56,431 nucleotides of DNA from a virus (lineage: Duplodnaviria; Caudoviricetes), in the IMG/VR virus record IMGVR_UViG_3300023214_000125, positions 1 to 56,431 of that record; one strand, given 5' to 3'. The position numbers and the translations under genes are program-made. The stretch's first letter is position 1, and every line of letters starts with the position of its first letter. Under the pieces are notes generated by a model. That model saw only the letters and a program-made list of their open reading frames with translations, was not told where the DNA came from and did no database searches. Of the stretch, positions 1 to 6,422 are shown one piece after another.

Positions 1-68
1 GCCCGAGCTGGTTCACACAAACGGCAGCGTCAAGGCACACGGATGACGCACCAACATTCCACCGCAAC

Positions 69-100
69 AGCGCCCGGCTTCGGTCGGGCGCTTTGTATTG
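69..100 (+). terminator. Intrinsic terminator
   Basis: AGCGCCCGGC-TTCG-GTCGGGCGCT stem with UUCG loop, followed by TTGTATTG. Confidence 0.7.
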
Positions 101-140
101 GCGAGTTTCTATCAATTTTCCAAATTCGCCAAATTGCCCC

Positions 141-169
141 TTGACATTTGTATTAAAGTGTGATACAAT
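141..169 (+). promoter_or_regulatory. Early sigma70-type promoter
   Basis: TTGACA-17bp-TACAAT with extended -10 TG. Confidence 0.85.
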
Positions 170-214
170 GTATTCAACGACGAGGAACAGTAACTGGATA
201 ACAGGAGATACAAA

Positions 215-541
215 ATGAAGCAGAACAATAGCAATCACAGAGTGGTAGAGTTCACGAATCAGGGACGCATTACACTCTATGCGACTCCAGACGTAAAAAT
301 CGATGGTTTCGAGTACCGAGGCGCAAATGCGTGGTCAGCTCAAGCTACAAGTGCCAGTGAACTTGTAAACCTAGTAAAAAGCGCAATTGAGGCAGGCTGC
401 AGCTTGAGCATACAAGAGAAATTTATTGATCAGTCGATGCAGATGTTTGGGGACGTTCCTCTAACTATTCGCAATCATCCAGGCGATGATACTGAATTCA
501 CTCACTACGACAGCATCAGCGAATACAAAGCGCAACAATAG
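215..541 (+). CDS. Hypothetical early protein
   Basis: 108 aa ORF with strong SD (ACAGGAG) directly downstream of the promoter. Confidence 0.75.
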   Translation: MKQNNSNHRVVEFTNQGRITLYATPDVKIDGFEYRGANAWSAQATSASELVNLVKSAIEAGCSLSIQEKFIDQSMQMFGDVPLTIRNHPGDDTEFTHYDSISEYKAQQ

Positions 542-603
542 CCGAAACGCCCTCCGGGGCGTCTGACCGGGGATAGTCGCCCGGCGCTGAATGAGGCAGA
601 CTG
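541..603 (+). ncRNA. Type II hammerhead ribozyme (variant core)
   Basis: GCC-GAAA-CGCCC(TCCG)GGGCG-TC^ then stem I, then CTGAATGA-GGC; loop-I AGTC (575-578) can pair with 3' GACT (599-602); predicted cleavage after C563. Confidence 0.75.
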
Positions 604-621
604 AATACAGGAGACAATCAA

Positions 622-882
622 ATGACAATTCGCAAGGGTGAAATTATTGAGTACGCACTGACCAACAGTACAGCCATTCCTCCGAAGCGAGGCACGTTGA
701 TCGTAACTGGATTTGAACGTAACGACATTTTCAATACATACAACATGAATTTCGAGTACTTGATTGAGCAGGAGGGAAGCGAGGAACAGGCTGGCGAATC
801 CTCTGTAACTGTTGAGGAAGAAAAGCCGCCCCAGAAAATCACCTGGGGGTGGTACAACGAGGAATGGACGCTAACAGGATGA
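622..882 (+). CDS. Hypothetical early protein
   Basis: 86 aa ORF, SD CAGGAG. Confidence 0.7.
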   Translation: MTIRKGEIIEYALTNSTAIPPKRGTLIVTGFERNDIFNTYNMNFEYLIEQEGSEEQAGESSVTVEEEKPPQKITWGWYNEEWTLTG

Positions 883-1151
883 CTAGCCACCCGCTAACCT
901 TCCGCCCAGACGAGGCCAACGTGCCTCGTCTGGCGGAACTAGAAAAGCGGTACAGAAACCGCACAGCCGCAGTCAACGCAGCTATCGAGCTGCTGCACCA
1001 GCGAGAGTGCACCACGCCGAGCGTGGTGCATCGAATGGCCATCGACACCAGCGTGTGCTGCCTAGCGTGCAGCGCACAAGCCGAGTGGCTGGTGTTTTAC
1101 ACTGACAACAGTTTTAGCTGGCGATGCAGTCAGCACGCCAACGAAGCGTAG
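879..1151 (+). CDS. Small putative DNA-binding protein (RHH-like N-terminus, Cys-rich C-terminus)
   Basis: ATGA overlap with upstream stop; LTFRP...NRTAAVNAAIELL resembles a ribbon-helix-helix; CxxC...CxxH. Confidence 0.55.
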   Translation: MTSHPLTFRPDEANVPRLAELEKRYRNRTAAVNAAIELLHQRECTTPSVVHRMAIDTSVCCLACSAQAEWLVFYTDNSFSWRCSQHANEA

Positions 1152-1191
1152 GCGCATCGAGCGCCACAATGCCCCCACACGGGGCGGAAAG
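1151..1191 (+). repeat. Dispersed two-hairpin CRISPR-repeat-like unit, copy 1
   Basis: GGCGC-ATCGA-GCGCC ACAAT GCCCC-CACAC-GGGGC GGAAAG. Confidence 0.85.
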
Positions 1192-1202
1192 AGGAATGAA
1201 TT

Positions 1203-1454
1203 ATGTTAGTAAAAATTGGCGAAAAAAACATTCTCAATTACTTAAATCGAGATGCGCCTGCGAACGAAATGCAACAGATTGAAGCGGAAGTGGAGCGGCT
1301 TTTGAAGCCGCTCCAAGAAGACTACGGCCCAATCACCGTCCAGATTATCCCAGGACAACATGGCATTGCCGTATGGGATGACGAGGGAAGTTTTTTGTCG
1401 TACTTAGCCCCAAATGTGCGGCGAGTACTATGGCCTGTACTCGACAGGCACTAG
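1203..1454 (+). CDS. Hypothetical early protein
   Basis: 83 aa ORF, SD GAGGA immediately after repeat 1. Confidence 0.7.
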   Translation: MLVKIGEKNILNYLNRDAPANEMQQIEAEVERLLKPLQEDYGPITVQIIPGQHGIAVWDDEGSFLSYLAPNVRRVLWPVLDRH

Positions 1455-1468
1455 CAGGGGGAGGAATT

Positions 1469-2107
1469 ATGGATAAATGGGGGCGCGTGGGGAAATACCC
1501 CATCTACGAAGAAGTCAATGACTTGGCGCACAACGTGCGCCAAGAAACGGGATACCATACCTGGTGGCACAATGGCCAGGTGTTGGCATCCCCGCAACTA
1601 TACTCCTGGCGTGAATATATTGAAGTGCTTCTGTTCCATACTGACTCCCAGTATGGAGCCAGACCGGAGCACATCGCCGTAAATCACAAGGCTCTGCACC
1701 CATGCTGTGCAGAGTATCCCGAGTACCCTCCATTCGAGGGTACTTACGGGAAACAAATTCTGATCGGCGCGAGCGAAGCCAACTACGTAGTAAGTGGTTG
1801 GCGCCCATCGCCATACGGAAACAGCAAGGAGGGGGAGCGATTGTTCGTGATCGCTCTCTTCCCTGGAGGGGGGTCGATGGAAATCGACCTCCCGAGCCTG
1901 AACAAGGCGCAGGTTCGCTGCGCCGATCGGGAGTTGCACGGGTACGGCGACTCGTCGGCCCACGGCCCGGGGGTTGGAGGCGGCTCCACCTGGTCGACCT
2001 CGTTCTCTGTCTGGCTCCCGAAAACATCTATCTCGGGGATCTTGCTCCGTCGTCTCGACCTGGACGACGGAGAGCAGCGACTAATAAATGATATATTTGC
2101 TGATTGA
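1469..2107 (+). CDS. Hypothetical protein
   Basis: Start reset to ATG 1469 behind GGAGG; 212 aa. Confidence 0.7.
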   Translation: MDKWGRVGKYPIYEEVNDLAHNVRQETGYHTWWHNGQVLASPQLYSWREYIEVLLFHTDSQYGARPEHIAVNHKALHPCCAEYPEYPPFEGTYGKQILIGASEANYVVSGWRPSPYGNSKEGERLFVIALFPGGGSMEIDLPSLNKAQVRCADRELHGYGDSSAHGPGVGGGSTWSTSFSVWLPKTSISGILLRRLDLDDGEQRLINDIFAD

Positions 2108-2123
2108 CTTGACGTTGACGCCA

Positions 2124-2165
2124 TGGCGCACCGTGCGCCACAATTGCCCCACACGGGGCGGAAAG
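2124..2165 (+). repeat. Dispersed two-hairpin CRISPR-repeat-like unit, copy 2
   Basis: TGGCGCA-CCG-TGCGCCA CAATT GCCCC-ACAC-GGGGC GGAAAG. Confidence 0.85.
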
Positions 2166-2172
2166 AGAAAAA

Positions 2173-2724
2173 ATGTACGTACTAAACTTTGGGCACTCGA
2201 TGAGCGAAGAGCAGAAGAGAGAATTACAAGAGTCCTGTGGTGCAGAGCACATGGAATATCACGAAATTGCCGTGCAAGTGGACACGTCGAAGCCACTTGC
2301 ACCACAGATACAGCGAATAGTGGCGGAGGCCACAGATGCGCTGGGCGGCAATGTCTACAACGCCGATGTGATCATCCCGCCCGGTTTCAGCATCGTGGCC
2401 GCGCACCTCGTCCACCACTTCCCGACAGCCAACCTGGCTGTCATCGCCCGAGACACAAGCTCGCCGGTCCCGGTGTACCAGGCAACCGGCGAGCTGCTAC
2501 GGCCAGTGCGCCCCAACGGAGGAACCATGTACACACTGTTTGCCCGCTCGTTGGGTGCAGAGGCACGCGCCAACGGGCAATACCATCCTGTACGCGATGA
2601 TCTCGCGGTCGACCTTACACAGGGCGACTGCGAAAGGTGGGTGGATATTCCGCAAGCACTGCGAGAAGAGATTCTCGCAGCGTGGTATGCAGGTTGGCGC
2701 GCCGAAGACCTTATCCAGTCATGA
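2173..2724 (+). CDS. Csx15-like (cOA-binding/ring-nuclease family) domain fused to a small C-terminal domain
   Basis: N-terminal LNFGHxMxxEQ, VQVDxxKPLAPQI and IIPPG motifs recall Csx15 (LNFSHPLTxEQ...QFDxxxPFAPQV...NPP); internal in-frame SD GGAGG plus ATG at 2527. Confidence 0.6.
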   Translation: MYVLNFGHSMSEEQKRELQESCGAEHMEYHEIAVQVDTSKPLAPQIQRIVAEATDALGGNVYNADVIIPPGFSIVAAHLVHHFPTANLAVIARDTSSPVPVYQATGELLRPVRPNGGTMYTLFARSLGAEARANGQYHPVRDDLAVDLTQGDCERWVDIPQALREEILAAWYAGWRAEDLIQS

Positions 2725-2768
2725 GTGACATGAGTGAGCAGAATCGCCTGGACATAACAAATTGCCCC

Positions 2769-2797
2769 TTGACATAGTTGTTATCGTGTGATATAAT
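2769..2797 (+). promoter_or_regulatory. Early sigma70-type promoter
   Basis: TTGACA-17bp-TATAAT with extended TG; shares upstream AAATTGCCCC with the promoter at 141. Confidence 0.9.
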
Positions 2798-2840
2798 ATT
2801 ATCACAGACGACAATAGATAGATAGACAAGGAGACACGAA

Positions 2841-3092
2841 ATGACACAAGGCGAGATGCGCGAGATTGCGCTAGGGGCAGCACGAAGTGAATTGCGTCAG
2901 TTCGGCATCGAGCCGAAGACCGCCGACATTTATACCGCAGAGCAGGCGCTGGACAACATCCTACGCAGCACGCCGAATGCGATAGCTGCCCGCTGGTATG
3001 AAAATGCCAGCGATAATCAGTGGGAGTTGTTTAAGAGAGAGTGGAGACGATACCAAGCTGCGAGCCGTAGAGATTCTTACAATAATGACTAG
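2841..3092 (+). CDS. Hypothetical early protein
   Basis: 83 aa ORF, SD AAGGAG. Confidence 0.75.
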   Translation: MTQGEMREIALGAARSELRQFGIEPKTADIYTAEQALDNILRSTPNAIAARWYENASDNQWELFKREWRRYQAASRRDSYNND

Positions 3093-3300
3093 ACTCGACA
3101 AACTCATCACCGTGCAGCAGGCTGTACAACTCGCAGCCTCCCACGGCGAGGACGTGCCGCCCGTCACCGTGCGATGGGCCGCACGAAAGGGGTGGATACC
3201 CAACGCCCAGAAGCTAGGACGCGACTGGGTATTCACCGACGTAGATTTTGTATCCTGGCTTCGTAATCGACCGAAGCCGGGACCGAAGCCGAGCAAATAA
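3085..3300 (+). CDS. Excisionase/MerR-like (HTH_17-type) DNA-binding protein
   Basis: LITVQQAVQL...TVRWAARKGWIPNAQKLGRDWVF pattern. Confidence 0.75.
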   Translation: MTRLDKLITVQQAVQLAASHGEDVPPVTVRWAARKGWIPNAQKLGRDWVFTDVDFVSWLRNRPKPGPKPSK

Positions 3301-3301
3301 C

Positions 3302-3342
3302 TGGCGCATCGAGCGCCACAGTGCCCCGAACGGGGCGGAAAG
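3302..3342 (+). repeat. Dispersed two-hairpin CRISPR-repeat-like unit, copy 3
   Basis: TGGCGC-ATCGA-GCGCCA CAGT GCCCCG-AA-CGGGGC GGAAAG. Confidence 0.85.
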
Positions 3343-3353
3343 AGAGATGTGTT

Positions 3354-3659
3354 ATGTACACTCTTGAGTTTGGAGAAACCCCGTTGGGGCCTAATATCAT
3401 CTGGAACGAGGACGAGGACCGCTATGGCAGACTGTCAGGTGTGTATACCACACCTGACGGCAAGACATTTCCCGTATATTGCCGCGCCACCAACTGGGGC
3501 GGCAATGAAAGCGAATGGGAATGGCGTGTGGCTGGCATTACGATTCGCAGTTTGGACCGCCATGGGCGGCGGTTCGACGAGACGGAACTACAGGAATTTC
3601 GTACCCGTGTTAGAGAAGAAATTTCAAAAAATGATGTTGACAAGGGTGACGCAGCGTGA
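3354..3659 (+). CDS. Hypothetical early protein
   Basis: ATG 3354 after repeat 3; 101 aa. Confidence 0.65.
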   Translation: MYTLEFGETPLGPNIIWNEDEDRYGRLSGVYTTPDGKTFPVYCRATNWGGNESEWEWRVAGITIRSLDRHGRRFDETELQEFRTRVREEISKNDVDKGDAA

Positions 3660-3704
3660 TGTGTATCTGAGCACACACACATTGCCCCGACACGGGGCGG
3701 AAAG
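3660..3704 (+). repeat. Dispersed CRISPR-repeat-like unit, copy 4 (first hairpin divergent)
   Basis: ...CACATT GCCCCG-ACA-CGGGGC GGAAAG. Confidence 0.8.
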
Positions 3705-3713
3705 AAGGACACC

Positions 3714-3926
3714 ATTAAGCGGGAATTTGATATCGACCAGTTGCGACTGGTCGATGACGAAATCAACGGCTTGTCAATCTGCCGGACCGACACCGGTATG
3801 CGTAGACACATACCAGACGGATATCGGTGGATGCATACCATCCAGCCGTGGATTGGCGTGGTGTCGAATCCACTGGTGCATTTACCATTGCACGAATGCC
3901 TGAGATGGTGGAGGAATTTAGGTTAG
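3714..3926 (+). CDS. Hypothetical protein, possible ATT start
   Basis: In-frame ATT at 3714 lies just after GAAGGA; the ORF track starts at TTG 3741. Confidence 0.45.
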   Translation: MKREFDIDQLRLVDDEINGLSICRTDTGMRRHIPDGYRWMHTIQPWIGVVSNPLVHLPLHECLRWWRNLG

Positions 3927-3953
3927 CGTTCGCTGTGTAGTGGGACTACACAC

Positions 3954-4026
3954 AGCCCGGCCATCACACGATGCGCCGGGCTTTTCTTTTCTCGCGTAGG
4001 AGTCAACTCCTACGCGGTTTTTTGTT
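3954..4026 (+). terminator. Tandem intrinsic terminators at the early/late convergence
   Basis: AGCCCGGC...GCCGGGCT-TTTCTTTT and CGCGTAGGAGT-CA-ACTCCTACGCG-GTTTTTT. Confidence 0.8.
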
Positions 4027-4028
4027 GC

Positions 4029-4934
4029 CTACTGCACGGGCACCCACGGCAGCCACCAGCGCCACACCCTCACCGGCGGCACCGTGGCCGTACCCCCACG
4101 CACCGCGGCCCACGCGTCGATGCGCCCATGCCCAAACTCCACATCATACCCCGGCGCGCCCAAATCCACCGCGCTGCCCACGATAATCCGCGCCACATCC
4201 GCCGCGTCATGACCCTGGCTCAGCAGCAAACCCGCCAGGCCCGCCACGTGCGCAGCTGCGATACTGGAGCCACTTGCAAATGTGTAGCCTGGCCGCGCAT
4301 GGTGCGCGGCCTTGATGGATTCACCGGGCGCGCTGATGTCTACGTGCGCGCCCACATTACTCAACACGTATTGCTCATCCTGCTTGGTGGTTGCGCTCAC
4401 ACCAAGCACGCCAGGGTAGCACGCGGGGCAGATGACGGCATCGGTCCCACTGCTGCCGGCCGCGGCCACCAGAAACACGCCGTGCTCCTGCGCGTAGACG
4501 ATGGTGTCGTGTAAGTTTCCTGACGGCTGACTGTCGCCGAGGGCGTACAAAATTACATCCGCACCATTGCTGGTGGCCCACACTGTTGCATCCGCGATAC
4601 GTTGCCATCCGCCCGCCGTCGGCGTCTCCGCTAGCGCCTTGAGCGGCATGATGGAGCATTCGGGGCATACGCCGACGGTCGCGCCCGCTGCGACGGACGC
4701 CACCCGCGTCCCGTGCCCGTGGTCGTCCGCCGGCTCAGTGTCGTTGTGCACAAAATCGTATCCAGGTACGATGCCGTTCGGGAATTCCTCATGCTCGGCG
4801 TAGATGCCGGAATCAATGATAGCAATCACGACATCCGATGAGCCGCGCGTGATGGTCCACGCTTCCGGTGCGCGGATGAGGTCCAGGTTCCACGGGATGA
4901 CGGCGAATAGAAGCGTTATCAGCAGATGCGTCAT
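4029..4934 (-). CDS. Subtilisin-like S8 serine protease, probably exported
   Basis: IAIIDSG, HGHGT and SGSSIAAAHVAG catalytic-triad motifs; hydrophobic N-terminus. Confidence 0.9.
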   Translation of the reverse strand: MTHLLITLLFAVIPWNLDLIRAPEAWTITRGSSDVVIAIIDSGIYAEHEEFPNGIVPGYDFVHNDTEPADDHGHGTRVASVAAGATVGVCPECSIMPLKALAETPTAGGWQRIADATVWATSNGADVILYALGDSQPSGNLHDTIVYAQEHGVFLVAAAGSSGTDAVICPACYPGVLGVSATTKQDEQYVLSNVGAHVDISAPGESIKAAHHARPGYTFASGSSIAAAHVAGLAGLLLSQGHDAADVARIIVGSAVDLGAPGYDVEFGHGRIDAWAAVRGGTATVPPVRVWRWWLPWVPVQ

Positions 4935-5137
4935 GCGTCCTCGTTGTCTTCCGCGCTACGCACGAATCCCTCGTCCGCCGTGGCGATGTTCCATCCGTCC
5001 GCTGCCGGTGCGTCATGCTCAGCGCGCAGGTAGGCGAGGAATTGCTGCACGGCCTGCGCGGCCATCTGTTGCGCCTGCGCCAGTGCGTCGAGATGCGCCT
5101 GTTGCGCGTCGGTTAGTGGTTTGCGTTCGTCAGACAA
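4931..5137 (-). CDS. Hypothetical protein
   Basis: TTG start behind GGAGG; overlaps both neighbours. Confidence 0.55.
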   Translation of the reverse strand: MSDERKPLTDAQQAHLDALAQAQQMAAQAVQQFLAYLRAEHDAPAADGWNIATADEGFVRSAEDNEDA

Positions 5138-6413
5138 GTTGCGCCTCCAGGTTGTCGAGTCGGTCGAGTATGTGGTTGAGTGCGGCAATCGTGTCGCCGT
5201 GCAACGTGATGATGTTTAGCGATTTCCCCTGCGGATGGTCGTTGTCGCGGTCCATGCCGTAGTGTGGCGCGAGGTCTGTCACGATGCCGTCAAACTGCTC
5301 TCCATTGTAGCGCCCGTTCCGATACACAAAGCGCCGTCTCGCCCGTGCCGCGCCACGCACGCGAGCAATAGCGGCGTGTGTGCTGGGCAGCGCATCATCA
5401 ATGTTTTTCGATGCGGCGAAGCTGGTTTGGTCGCCAACAACTGTCCCCGCCGATTCATCGACAGATGGTGAGCCGGTACTGCCGGTTGGAGAAAATGATG
5501 ATATGCGTAAATCTCCCGTATTATCTACCCACGTACTGTACGTGGAGTTGTTCGCCGTGGTGTATTGCATTACGCCTGGTGCCCCGCCCACTGTGCCATC
5601 CGCCGCGTTTGTGTTACGACCCACCACAAAACGCGGTCCTGACTCGTCGTTGCCTAGGTCTCGGGTGTTTATGGTGAAATTTGAGGACACAGCCGACGCA
5701 AATGCCGAGCAAACATCATCACTGTCCCACGTGCAGGCGAGTAGATTGTTATTAAACGCGTCGCCGCTGCTCGTGGCCGCTACCACAATGCCACCTGCAA
5801 CCGACATTTGAGCGCCGGGCGCAGAGTTCAACACGCCCACGCGTTTATTGTCGCGGTCAATCGTCAAAATGGCCGTGCTGTCCGAGTGGTTGAAGTTGAG
5901 CACGTTTTCCGACACATCGTAGGTTAAATCAATCTCGCCCGCCCAATCGATCGACTGGTCACTTGTCGCGATGAAATTGATATTGCCATTTGTCAGAGTA
6001 ATATTGCCACTGGCGAGAGACAGACTATTCGAGCCGGTGAAGTTCATTGCGTCGCTGACAGTTACCGGTGCCTGAAGGCGAACATCTGTCCCGCCCAATT
6101 GTGCAAGACTTGTCGTTATAATAGCTCCGGTGGTGATGCTGCTCGTTGACGTAATTGCAGAGGTCAAGGATACTGCCGCGTTCAACGTAATTGTGCTGTT
6201 GAATGTGACAGACTGCCCGACCGCAAACGTGTGCGTGCCGGTCCAATTGTAGTCCGCGCTCTCGTCCACAGCGCCGCCGACCGACGCCTCCAGCGTGTCG
6301 AGGCGCGAATCCTGCGATACCAATTCGGCGTCCAACGTGCCGAGCGGCGTATTCACCGTGGACGCATCGTTCGACGCGCCATTGACGATTGGTGTGTGAA
6401 ATGTGGTGGTCAC
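5130..6413 (-). CDS. Tail fibre/spike with C-terminal intramolecular chaperone (peptidase S74-like)
   Basis: Thr/Ser/Asn-rich beta repeats; TSFAASKNI...RFVY...GIV...coiled-coil end; last tail gene. Confidence 0.75.
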   Translation of the reverse strand: MTTTFHTPIVNGASNDASTVNTPLGTLDAELVSQDSRLDTLEASVGGAVDESADYNWTGTHTFAVGQSVTFNSTITLNAAVSLTSAITSTSSITTGAIITTSLAQLGGTDVRLQAPVTVSDAMNFTGSNSLSLASGNITLTNGNINFIATSDQSIDWAGEIDLTYDVSENVLNFNHSDSTAILTIDRDNKRVGVLNSAPGAQMSVAGGIVVAATSSGDAFNNNLLACTWDSDDVCSAFASAVSSNFTINTRDLGNDESGPRFVVGRNTNAADGTVGGAPGVMQYTTANNSTYSTWVDNTGDLRISSFSPTGSTGSPSVDESAGTVVGDQTSFAASKNIDDALPSTHAAIARVRGAARARRRFVYRNGRYNGEQFDGIVTDLAPHYGMDRDNDHPQGKSLNIITLHGDTIAALNHILDRLDNLEAQLV

Positions 6414-6422
6414 TAGTTATTC

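Noticed and set aside
1151-3704. Calling the four repeats a bona fide CRISPR array
   Set aside because: They are separated by 0.3-1.1 kb of coding genes, not 30-40 nt spacers
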